Positions 13,097 through 24,059 of a stretch of 24,582 nucleotides of DNA are shown piece after piece. The notes beneath the pieces were generated by a model that was given only the letters and a program-made list of their open reading frames with translations, was not told where the DNA came from and made no database searches. A program made the translations under genes and the position numbers. Positions within the stretch are counted from its first letter, which is position 1. Each line of letters starts with the position of its first letter. Origin of the DNA: Ginkgo biloba (Eukaryota; Plantae; Ginkgophyta); assembly GCA_024626585.2 (NCBI GenBank), contig JANKJI020000004.1:14709701-14734282 (forward strand), given 5' to 3'.

Positions 13097-13189
13097 GGAA
13101 TATCCAGAGTCTAACTGCTGCTCAACTAGACAAATTCAGGGCACATGCGTGGTTTTTATCTCCTCCATGCCAGCCATACACTCGTCAAG
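13097..13189 (+). CDS. DNMT2: DNMT2 exon with catalytic motif IV ([11 protein letters not shown]); acceptor hidden in the N gap
   Basis: [30 protein letters not shown], then donor G|GTGGAA at 13190 (phase 1). Confidence 0.93.
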
Positions 13190-16100
13190 GTGGAAACTTT
13201 GTTCTATTGCATAATCCGGAAGCTATTGACTGTAACAGAAAGGGTAGCAAATATTTTGGTCTATGCATCACTCTATGTTACTTTCATTTGTTTTGGTTGT
13301 TAATATTATGAATTTATGTTGGTCAATTATGGAGCATCTGCTATCTTGTTCATTGTAGATAATTTTTGTAGGTCTACAGAAAGATGCTGAGGATGCCCGT
13401 GCATCTTCCTTTTTGAAGATAATTGAGCTTATTTCATTGACATTGTTCCCTCCAACCAAGTTATTTGTGGAGAATGTGGTTGGGTTTGAGGTCAGTAACA
13501 TGACATCTGTTTCTATGGTTTGCATCTTGTCAAATCAAGAATCTCTGTGCATACTTATGGGTTCATGGAAATACTTGTCCAGTCATCTATTACACACAAG
13601 CGAATGATGGAAGTCTTGGAGAAAACTGGATTTGTCACACAGGAATTCATCTCGAGTCCTATTCAGTTTGGTGTACCATATTCCCGTCCACGTTACTTCT
13701 GCCTTGTAAGTTTGTTCATTTCCATGTGTAAGCAGTGTATTTCTCGAGTAACTGTGAATGCAACTTGGATGTCGTGCATCTCCTTCCAAGATAGATGGAT
13801 CCAATAGTAATGTTTTTTTCATGGATTGCTAAGCTTGAAGGAACACAGACACAGCCAGCCTGAACTCTGTGGACATGTTTAAGCTCTGCTACATCACTTT
13901 CTTGAAAAAAGTCTTAAAATGTTTTCCAGAGATCATAATAAAATTAACCTGGTAGTTCCAAAATAGTAATATGAATGGATACATGAATAATAATTGTTAA
14001 AATCTCGAATCTCACAAAATTGATTTCAAAGTTGTATTATTCAATTACAAATTTCAATATATATGGCCCATGGCCTACATTCAACTTTTCTATAATAGAA
14101 TTCAATGGTGATAAAGCTCTATTCTAAATCTATGCCTACAAGTAGTCTATTTTGCTTGTACGTCACTTACATGTCTAGTATGTTANNNNNNNNNNNNNNN
14201 NNNNNNNNNNNNNNNNNNNNNNNNNNNNNNNNNNNNNNNNNNNNNNNNNNNNNNNNNNNNNNNNNNNNNNNNNNNNNNNNNNNNNTCACTTAGATTGTCT
14301 GATCTTTTGAAGTCCCAAACTTTGGAATATTAACCCATAAAGAATTAATTGGGTTCTATTTTTCTTTTGGGTCTATGGCACTTCAAACCTTTTGAATGTT
14401 GGTTTCATCACTTAATTCCCCTAAAATCTTGAATATACATAAAATCCTATATTTTCATGTGGCTTATCAACATTTATTTATTCCCATTTTAGGTTCAAAA
14501 GTTCCAAAAATTTTATTAGATGCATTCATTTGAAATCAGCGAAACCTCCAAAAAAGATGCATTGATACCACTTTGGCTTATTATTAGTCTATTCTTATCA
14601 ATAAGCTTCATAGTCAAACTTTATCACTTTTTTATCAGACCTTTATTTATCAGAGGTGTCATCGATCTTCAACGTTCAGAACTTGATACTATTGTATACT
14701 TCTCACCAATAATAAAAAAATGCCTTCTTTATCATTAGATAATTGTCAATGCTCATTGTTTAACCTTGTGAAGCCTCCGATGATCAATCTTCCCAAAAAA
14801 TGACTAAGATGTGGACAAAAGTAGAATGTTAAATCCAAACATGACTAGGCCTAATCATCAATGTGACTAAAGTTTTTCATGTCTAATAGTGTACTAGGAC
14901 TTGGGCAAGACTGAGACAGGGACTAGTCGAATGGTTGCAGCAGACTTCAAAACGTCACCTCATTGGACTGTTGCATATGACTTCACCTCTCGCTTTTGTT
15001 TAGGGAGGCATCCTCAACCTATGAAGCCCCATTTCAACTTTTATTGGCTGTCATTGTGGTAGCATTACAAATCCCTGTGATCTTTCGTGGTCCTTGTCAT
15101 GCTCTTGCTCCAGTGATTGCTCATGGTCCTTGGCATGTAGTTGTTCTACTGATCAATATATGCATCTTTGTGTCGTCTTGATATAGCACAAGTTAATAAA
15201 TCTGTGTCACTAGCAATTCTTGTCACTTGTTGCATGGCATTAGTAGAAGCCTAGTTAGCATTTGTTAAAATATTGAATGCAAGCAATTTCTCTAATCAAT
15301 TTATCTTTTTGCCATCTCCTTTTTGGTATTGAGAGATCTAATTCCCTTTATGAGGGGTTTAAATAAGTCATACTATCATTTTATGCTAGCTTTAAGAATC
15401 TTGATTTTTTTGTGTCTTAGATCATGTATCCTAAATTACTGAGTTCTACATTTTGAAATTCTAGGAATCCTCCTCCTCATCTTCTCCTTAGAAAGAAAGA
15501 AATTATATTAATGTCTACGAATGGCCAAAAAGAAGGCAATTGTGTTGAAGACTACAAGTATATGGAATATATGCCTAAGGGAGTGCCAAGAGTATCTCCA
15601 TCCTATAATGCACATCAGAACAAATCAAGTCATAGGATAAGTGTGATGGGCATCTGTAGCCTACCAAGCCCATCAAAGGGAGTGTGAGAGCATTTGTGAA
15701 TGCATAGAGTGGTTATAATCGTGATATCATCGAACCTAGTTAGAAGTCACAAATAAGCCCTGCATGACTGAATCAGGTATATCTGACCTTGGGCAGATAT
15801 TGTGTGTTCAAACTTTCACCTCTACTATGAAATCCCCCAAGGCCTGCTTCTTAGTATCCCCTGTCGTGGCATCCTTAATATTTGGACAACAGATGGGATT
15901 GCATTTGGTAGTATGGCTAGGTTGTCCATTGTTGGCTTTGCCATTTATTCTCCTATCATTCAAGGTCAAATTTCCCTTATTGGATCTAAACAATTGGTAA
16001 TATGCCCACTCTTAGGATACCTAGATTGTGTCTTTATGCCCAAAGATCTACTTGGGTGTCTAAGTGTAACAACCCGCCTTAAGCCTGTAAGCTTTTGCTA

Positions 16101-17374
16101 GCAATTAACATAAAACTTGCCATAACATGATAAATCATAAATGATCATCGTCATCACAAATGCATAAGTTCATATAATTAAGCACAACGGATAAATCATA
16201 CACTTNNNNNNNNNNNNNNNNNNNNNNNNNNNNNNNNNNNNNNNNNNNNNNNNNNNNNNNNNNNNNNNNNNNNNNNNNNNNNNNNNNNNNNNNNNNNNNN
16301 NNNNNTCTTTAAATTCTTTCAGAATGTCATACATGGGCCTGAAATGACGAGACTCTCCTCTTCCAGTCCACTAGTTTGTGGTTTTGACAGTATGTCTTTG
16401 AACTTATAGTTATGCTCTATAAACATGCCATATGAATCTTATGTCATGTGGGTGATATATGAATCAAGAGTTAAGTATCCAATTATCGTAGCTTCTTAGA
16501 TAGTTGAGTACAGCAGTTCTGTTTGAGCTTTATTTTCAGAAACCAGTTATTGGGCAACATTTTTCCTTTATTGTTTGATTTGTGGTAGGTTGTCATTCTT
16601 CTAATTTTTACGTGTCTTGTAGGCAAAAAAAGCGCCATTTACATTTCCAAGACCAGAATTCAATGGTCAGTTGCTGTCGGATACTAGTCTGCTTAATTCA
16701 GGTGGACGAGACAATTCACATATACACAAGGTACTTCTGAATGCTACATTTGAGTGTAAAGTGGATAATGTGAATGAGGGGGAAAAGGAGACACATATAT
16801 CATGCAGACCCATCAAGGATTTCCTTGAAGCTGGGTTTCTTGAAAGTGACAGATTTGGTTGCACAGAGATAGATTTCTGTATGGCTACTCATGAGAGCAT
16901 GGGTACTGAGGAAGCTAAGAATGAGTTTGAAGACTCCCATGTTCAAGAAGGATCTTGCCTGATGGATGAAAAAGAATGTTTAGTTTATTCTCGAGATTTG
17001 CACAGGGCACTTAAGGATGATTCTGAAGGAGCCATTGCTGAAAATGATTCTTGTATATTAATTGGAAGAAAAGAATGCCACAAAACTTCTAAATGGGAGC
17101 AGTACAAGGTTCCAGTATGCTTGATTGAAAGATGGGGGGATGCTATGGGTATCTTTTGAAAATCTATCAAGGTTTTGCTGCATTTGTATGATAGATTTTA
17201 CATGTTCTCCACTCCGTTCTGCTTAAAAGATCAGAGCATCTCTATATTACATTTTATTGAAAATCCTTAATCGACAAAGATATTGTTTTTCCTGATTCGA
17301 GGCGCTGTTGCTGTTTTACTAAAAGCTACGGCCGTTATGTCAAGGGTACTGGTTCATTACTTGCCACTACCAAG
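13097..17374 (+). CDS. DNMT2: DNMT2/TRDMT1 tRNA (cytosine-38-C5) methyltransferase, partial spliced gene (5 internal exons; first and last exons not seen)
   Basis: Exons join in frame with GT-AG borders: (G)[117 protein letters not shown]...[47 protein letters not shown]5-MTase motifs IV, VI and VIII plus the DNMT2 signature CFTxxYxxYxxGTGS are present. Confidence 0.95.
13372..13490 (+). CDS. DNMT2: DNMT2 exon with motifs V-VI (DARA...FVENVVGFE)
   Basis: Acceptor tttttgtag| ends at 13371. 119 nt, completes the phase-1 Gly codon. Donor GAG|GTCAGT at 13491. Confidence 0.95.
13583..13705 (+). CDS. DNMT2: DNMT2 exon with motif VIII ([14 protein letters not shown])
   Basis: Acceptor ttgtccag| ends at 13582. 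123 nt, phase 0. Donor CTT|GTAAGT at 13706. Confidence 0.95.
16065..16205. mobile_element. LTR start fragment inside the long DNMT2 intron
   Basis: Begins TGTAACAACCC, identical to the terminus at 2450, and runs into a gap. Confidence 0.45.
16623..17148 (+). CDS. DNMT2: DNMT2 large exon (variable region, AKKAPF...LIERWGDAM)
   Basis: Acceptor gtcttgtag| ends at 16622. 526-nt open frame (175 codons + 1 nt) containing ORF 16671..17159. Anchors CRPIKDFLE and [16 protein letters not shown] resemble plant DNMT2. Donor G|GTATCTTTT at 17149. Confidence 0.92.
17149..17279 (+). other. U12-type (minor spliceosome) GT-AG intron of DNMT2, 131 nt
   Basis: 5' site GTATCTTTT (consensus RTATCCTTT). Branch site TCCTTAAT at 17264-17271, about 10 nt before the AG. 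No polypyrimidine tract (tcgacaaag). Phase 1. Confidence 0.85.
17280..17374 (+). CDS. DNMT2: DNMT2 exon with target-recognition CFT motif
   Basis: (D)[31 protein letters not shown]. Acceptor aag| ends at 17279. Donor AAG|GTAGGA at 17375. Confidence 0.95.
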
Positions 17375-17655
17375 GTAGGAGAGTAATTTCATATGAAATT
17401 GCCTGGTTTTCTCTTTCGGGTTGCATCAATTTCAGTTAAAGTGCTTCTGAGGTGAGAGTATCAAGTTCAAAAGTTTTCTTCTGGACAAAGTTTGAGGTCT
17501 TATATCCTGGTTAAATAATCTTCTTCTCTATTTTGCTCTGGTTTCTACAACTATTTTTGATTATGAGTTCTTAATGCTATTTTCACATATCTTTATCTAT
17601 ATCATTGTTCACAGATCTGAATAAAAATGTATCTTTTGTTAACAACATTGATGGT

Positions 17656-17771
17656 ATTTTCTAAGGAATATGAAAAGTCTTAGCAGGAAAATATCCAGAA
17701 TGCAAAACACAAAATTTTCTAAGGAATATAAAAAATCTTAGCATGAAAATGTCCAGAATGCAAAACATAAA
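17656..17771. repeat. 58-bp tandem duplication (2 copies)
   Basis: ATTTTCTAAGGAATAT...CCAGAATGCAAAACAYAAA at 17656-17713 and 17714-17771, 5 mismatches. Confidence 0.92.
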
Positions 17772-18053
17772 ATTTTGAACAAGAAACATTTGTGGCACAT
17801 AGGAAAAATTAGTTTATAATGTAAAAATAATAGAAAATATTAATAAATTGAGACAAAAGGTACTATTATGCATTCATCCATGCATTATTTGTCTAATTTT
17901 TATGTTCAAGTATTCAAACATTTATCATTGAGTGTAATCTAAATAAACGATGCTTAAATGTCTAACTTTTGAAATTTGTTCGAAATGCACCGAAACACCG
18001 AAACATTTTGGTCCAAAACAAATTTAAAAGATGTAAAATTTTAAATAAAACTT

Positions 18054-19490
18054 TGTTATAACCCTAACAAAAGCAGTACACGTAATCAAGAAGCAGCAAA
18101 GGAAAACCCAGGATATCTGCTCTTGGGCAATAATATGCTGGTAGCTAATTTGAAGACTCTGTGCAATGCATAATGGAAGACATGAGAAGCTATTGAGGCT
18201 TGTGGAAGAAATTAAGCCTATTGTATGGGGTCAAATGCAACTTAAGGAGGTTCCATGGCATAGCTCTAGGCAAGAGCTTTGAAACAAGCGGTTGCATGAC
18301 AATATGTAATAGGCAGGTCTCCTCCTCTTGCAAAAACAACCTCAAGAAACATGTATTAGTAATGAAAAATGCAATACTAAGTGAGGGGACTTCAATCAAG
18401 TAATTAGAAAGAAAAAATTGCCATACTTAAATGCACACTAATTGTGCACGTAATGGCAATGCACAATTAACAATCAGTTGTTTATTTATGTTAACTATTA
18501 GTATGCTAGTTTTGGTTAATAGGATAGGGATGTTTTGTAGCTAGAGATCCAAACACCCTCCGTTGGCCGTGGAGAGCGCCTATGGGGCTTGAATGGAGTG
18601 GGCAACCAAACCTTTGGTGCATAAATGCAACTGTCAACCCCTAGCATCATCTATTAGTGATCCATTGGAGTCCACCCCTCAACCCTATTTAGTTAAGGAT
18701 GCCAAGTGTACGCTAATTTGGCCTCNNNNNNNNNNNNNNNNNNNNNNNNNNNNNNNNNNNNNNNNNNNNNNNNNNNNNNNNNNNNNNNNNNNNNNNNNNN
18801 NNNNNNNNNNNNNNNNNNNNNNNNNAAGAACCCCTCCCAAGGGTTCGTCCTTAGCTACAGACAATGGTAAGCCCTTTCTTTTTGCAAAAAGCCTTTAAAA
18901 AGTCACTAGGAATCAGAAGAAGGCCTTTGGCCTAGCTTAGGACCACAGTAGGTCAATAAATGCAACTTCCAAGGGTAGCAAAAAGCAAGCGAAATGCAGA
19001 AATATCCTTTAGTGAAGGAGACACCTTCATAAAAAGTAGTGAAAATGATGAGGGTAGACGTCTTCCTCAAATCCCCTTATATACTTTTAGGTATTGTTGG
19101 GTCGACTTCTAAGGTTAGCTAATAATGTAGGGTTGTCTTAAGCTTTTGCACCTTACTTAAGTGACAATTGTTCTTTAAAATGGTGGCACTAGGGTTTTAG
19201 GTAGGCTTTTGTCCCTTATTAAGTTGTTTTTTCCTCTAAAGGGTCCCATCATATAAGTCGCCTAGTAACGTAAGGATTAGCATGCATCTTTCAAAGTTAA
19301 ACTCCTTCTGTCTTCTATAGTTAAGAGTTTCCAGCTTTGAAGAGGCTTAATAAATGTGTCTAAGGTCTCTTCCTTCTCAGTCACAGACCTTCTAAGCCCT
19401 TTGATTGCCTTTGACTGACCTTTGACAAGGTTTGACTAACCTTTGACCAAGGTTGACTAAGCTTTGACTAGGAGTGTCTAGGCCATAACA
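18054..19490. mobile_element. LTR-like repeat family A, copy 2 (solo LTR or collapsed element, with internal gap)
   Basis: Inverted termini TGTTATAACC ... GGCCATAACA. 18420-18725 matches 2560-2880 (tttatttatgtta, aggataggga, gtgggcaaccaaacct, gcataaatgcaactgtcaac, gatccattggagtcc). Right end matches 10199-10571. Confidence 0.7.
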
Positions 19491-19630
19491 ATCCCTGATG
19501 AAAGCACATTTATCTAAAGTTTTGAGTGACCGTTGTTTGTTCATCTTCAACTAGTTTGTAATGATCCATTTTTCAAATAAGAAAATGGACCAGTTGCAGT
19601 ATACAATGTTCGTTGTTGGCCAATCTATTG

Positions 19631-19735
19631 TTCGTCCAATTGTATACATCATTCAATGCCTGTATCTGTTGTTTGTCGAATTGTATACACCATTTGCTAT
19701 CAATCTTGGCTATTTGTCAAACTGTATACATCGTT
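19631..19735. repeat. 41-bp period repeat with palindromic TGTATACA core
   Basis: TTYGTCVAAYTGTATACAYCRTT at 19631, 19672 and 19713. Confidence 0.75.
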
Positions 19736-20270
19736 ACTTGCCATCCAGTCAGTCATTTTCTGTTGACCAATCAACTGTTCATCAACGATTTCTAGCAGGA
19801 TTTCAGGGCACACTCTTTCAAATAGNNNNNNNNNNNNNNNNNNNNNNNNNNNNNNNNNNNNNNNNNNNNNNNNNNNNNNNNNNNNNNNNNNNNNNNNNNN
19901 NNNNNNNNNNNNNNNNNNNNNNNNNATTGCATTGGAATGGTCCTCTCACTATTTGTCCTTCCTCACACTATTTACCCAAAAGAGGACAACATTCAAAAAT
20001 TGCAATTAAAATATGACAGTCATAAATGTGAAGCACACAATCATAAATGACTTTTTTAACATATGACAGGATGCCTGTTCATGTTTTTCTTTTTCAAGAA
20101 AACACAAATTCATTATATCAATACATCATAATTATATCAAGGGAATAAGAGAGTCCTATTCTACTAGTTATAGTAGTAAAACTACCTAACTATTACATGT
20201 CAAGTGAGCCTAGTTCTAGTAACATCAAAAAGTCGAGGGGCTGAACTACTTCGACCTCGAGGAACCAAAG

Positions 20271-20478
20271 GTTGGCCAATATTCTGTATATTAAAGGCTG
20301 GCCAATAAAATGTATATTAAAGGATTAGAGGCATACCCTTCAACTGCTTTGCTGTTTCTTTCCTCCTCGTCCGCTTCTAGCATCCCTAGAGAGCTAGCCA
20401 ATAAAATGTATATTAAACACAATAGAGGCACGCCCTTTGATTGCTTGGCTCTTTCTTTCCTCTTCTTCCTATTCTAGT
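20271..20478. repeat. ~96-bp degenerate tandem duplication plus a partial third unit
   Basis: GCTRGCCAATAAAATGTATATTAAA...TAGAGGCAYRCCCTT...TTTCTTTCCTC at 20297 and 20393. Partial copy ggccaatattctgtatattaaagg at about 20274. Confidence 0.8.
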
Positions 20479-20750
20479 TCTATTTCTTGAGAAAGGGGTT
20501 CTTCCTCCATGGTTTCCAATGCCTCTTGCTTTCTCCTTTGGGAATAGGTCTTCAAGGGATCCTATTTGCCTTCTTTCAGCGCCTTAAGTTCATCCCTCAT
20601 AGAGTGAACTTCAGCTTGTAATTCCTTGAGAATTGTCTCCATCCTAAAAACAACTCCCCTGGGCTTTGATACCACTTTAACAGCCTACTCTCCTACTCCT
20701 ACGTATGCAAGCCTCAAAGAATGAATATTAGTATAAATAAATAATAAATC

Positions 20751-21508
20751 AAGGCAACTTTAGTCATGCAGTGAAAAAGTTAAGCTACGATGCTTAATGC
20801 CGATGCATTTTGCGTGTAATCACAATACATAATTAACATAAAGAAACATTTATTTATGTTAACTTTTAGTCTATTAGTCACGTTAGTAGGATAGGGATTG
20901 TTAGTAGAGATGTCTTGCAACCTAAGTACCAAGCACCATCCATTGGCCATGGGAACTGCCTATGGGGTTTGAACGAAGCATGCAGTGAAACCTCCAATGC
21001 ATAAATGTAATCATTAGTCCCCAATGGTTATTAGAGATCCACTGGAGTCCACCCTCAACCCTACTAAGTCAAAGATGTTAGGTTCATGCCTATTAGGCAT
21101 CATGGATAGCCTGTCAACAAAGAAAACAATCCATTCCTTGCTGATAGTTGTTTGATTTTTGGCTCAAACCCTAAGTCTACACCAATAGCTGTAGATTGAA
21201 AATCCTACTAGTTTCATCATTGCACCAACAGACCATGAATGTATGACTACAACAACCACCACACCCTAATGATTAAATCTATAACCATTAGCCTTGTAGT
21301 TACACCCGTATCTAAAGTCGGTAGAAATTGGCACAGTTATCCACTTGAGTCTAATTGGAAAAAAGCCACTATCAGTAAACCCAATCACATCCATGAAAGC
21401 GTCATTACATGCCTCTAAGGGAGGCATCAGACCAAGGTTTCATACAAGTTCCTTGGATGGTATCAGTGCAAAGCCTAGACTTCCTTAGGTCAAGTTGCTA
21501 GGGTTTCT
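20751..21508. mobile_element. LTR-like repeat family A, copy 3 (true boundaries probably extend further)
   Basis: Colinear similarity with 2527-3283 over about 750 bp, same orientation. Confidence 0.8.
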
Positions 21509-24059
21509 ATAGGCTGAGTACGGTATAAATTCAAACTTATAGGATAGCAAGCCTATTGAAAATTAAATGCATTGTTGTACTTCCATAACAAGCAAACATG
21601 CCATAAAACCATTATGATTAAGTGTGCCCTACTCTTAGGGTTCTAATCCACCCAACAATTGTGCTTAGAACCCTAAAAATAGACAATACTGCACAAACAA
21701 CTAATTTTGTTCTAAAATTGCGAAAATTAGTCCATGCAGCTATTTGGAAATATAAAATAAATAAGTCTGTGTAAGAATTACTTACAGATGTAGGGACTTC
21801 CTTGGAGAAAGTGATCTACGATACCTTCTAGAACGTTGAGTAGCTAGAGGACGTCAAAATTCAACCTTCACAAGTGCAACAACTAAACTATACATCAAAA
21901 TTGGGCACTTTGTTGGTCCAAAACAAGTTTGTTGGGCCTCCAGAAGGGTTGTGACTCACATATAGGGTTTGTTGGGTCTCCTTGAGCCCCAAAAATTGAA
22001 TCTGAAGGGTCCAATGAAGTTGGCCTCCAATAGAAAAGAGATCTGAACAATAAATGTGGACACAATGGTACAACGATACCATAGAAGTAAGATCTCCCAA
22101 ATCTAAGTAAGAAAAAGATCACTAGTGCCCTTTGATAGAGACTCCTATAGAGAGAAAGAAAGAAAGAAAAAATATTAATGTCCACGAATGACCAACAAAA
22201 GGTCAATGGGACTGTACAAAAATAGTACATGTATAACAAGTGAAAGGGAGTGCCTAAGTGACTCCGGCCTATCACCTAGCTAACAGTAAAGTAAATGAAG
22301 TGAAGCGAGTGGTACAATAAAGTAGATGCAAAATGGACAAAAGGCAACACTAATGTGGAAGAGGGTGCAAGTGGTGTTGGAATGTGTCGTATCAAACTCT
22401 ACTCGATCTAAGACCATGTTGGAAATACGGGTTGCCATACACATCTCAATCTCAAAACATTTAAGCATGACACCTATTCCAATACTTGGCCAAAATTTGT
22501 GAGAAGTTTTCAAGCATGCACAACGGAAGAATTCTACTTGAAAACCTTATGAGATACATGACTCAACACATCAATAAAGGATGCCATCTTTCAGACATCT
22601 GAATACCATATTCTCACACAACTTTAGCACACGTAAACTTGATCAAGAAATGACATATATCAGTCCTAAACAGTCAGCGAACAACAAGCAGTACAATTTG
22701 AATTTTGCATAGTAAACTCAGATTTCTATGCATAATCACAGCTCTAACACTTAGCACAAAATGCAAATATCACAGCCATGTAGGACAGACTTTATCATGG
22801 TTGTACACAGTCTTGGACAACAAGCTATAAGTTCTGAAATCATCATAGTTATGCACAAAAATCAATGTACCATTAATGCTAAACATAAAGCATTAATTGC
22901 AATAAGTTCAGTACTTNNNNNNNNNNNNNNNNNNNNNNNNNNNNNNNNNNNNNNNNNNNNNNNNNNNNNNNNNNNNNNNNNNNNNNNNNNNNNNNNNNNN
23001 NNNNNNNNNNNNNNNNCGATGCACTCTACTGCCCAACCTAGGATCCACAAAGGGTGCATTGCCCTTTCCACTCTTGAGAAGTAATGCTCTGCACTCCATT
23101 TTTAGGATGGCGGGTCCAAGACCCAGTTATTTGATATTATAGTCACATCCACAATTTTATATGATTCTGAGTTTTGGGGACCAAGCTTCAGTCACATAGG
23201 ATGAACGCATGTAGAGAAGCTATTGGTACTTATGCTTTCTGGAACTATCTATAGCAAATGGACAGTACTTTTTAGTATCATAGTAGTATCGCCTTTGATA
23301 GTCAGCACACACTTTGACATTGTCACACTATTGCACCATATCTAAAGCATGGCGAACACCACTTTGGAATGGGATAAGTACCCATTGTTGGCCTTGCTCT
23401 CTTTTGTGGAATTAGCCTTTGAAGGCTTTAGTTGATGTTGGTATGCAAAGGTCACCACTTTATTGGCAGGTTTTGGTATTCATATTGAGTGCCTTCTGCC
23501 CACTAAGTTCTCCATTGATGCTCCTCACATGATTTTAGAGGACATCAATTGGGGCATCCAGGAGGAGTTATATAAGCTCTACATACAAGGTGTTTAGATA
23601 TCACCTAGTCGACCTCTGACGCAGTCGCCCGTTGGTTACCTATTGGCGACGCAATGACCACTCCTAGGATCCAACTAGGACTTAGATCAATCCCTTAGAC
23701 AAACAATCCATCGGTGATATAAACGAAGGAAACTCAAAAGAATTATGTCTGCACTAATATGCCAGTAACGCCTAGGAATCCACAAAAAACAAAAAAGCCA
23801 ACTCAGAGGAGAATAAAAACTATTAATCCTAACATTTCTCATGCAATACAACTGGCCCACTGGCCTTACTCATAGAATTACAGCCTATACCGCCCCCCCC
23901 ATAGGTGGGGTTTTGATCTACACAATAAATCTTCTTCACTAATGAAGGGTTTCACCTATACCCTTTGGCTTGAGTACTTGATCCCTATAGGTACAACCAA
24001 CAATGGTGCACCACTAATCTCTCAGGTTGCCTCACGATCAATGGTATGCATCTTTCTTT

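Noticed and set aside
14760-16060. Possible minus-strand retroelement coding remnant in the DNMT2 intron
   Set aside because: Likely TE-derived, but no domain motif could be reconstructed.
13097-17374. Bacterial restriction-modification methylase or MET1/CMT/DRM assignment
   Set aside because: Spliceosomal introns plus [10 protein letters not shown] and CFTKSY..GTGS are diagnostic of DNMT2.
17615-17660. Possible next DNMT2 exon after ttgttcacag
   Set aside because: The phase-0 reading gives ATC TGA (immediate stop) and no motif IX/X follows.
19631-19735. CRISPR array interpretation of the 41-bp repeats
   Set aside because: Eukaryotic context, only three degenerate units, 18-nt spacers with weak mutual similarity and no cas genes.
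19561-20016. 151-aa ORF and other gap-spanning or short ORFs (e.g. 18593, 21895, 22761)
   Set aside because: Inflated by N runs or lying in repeats. No recognisable domains or splice-consistent structure.
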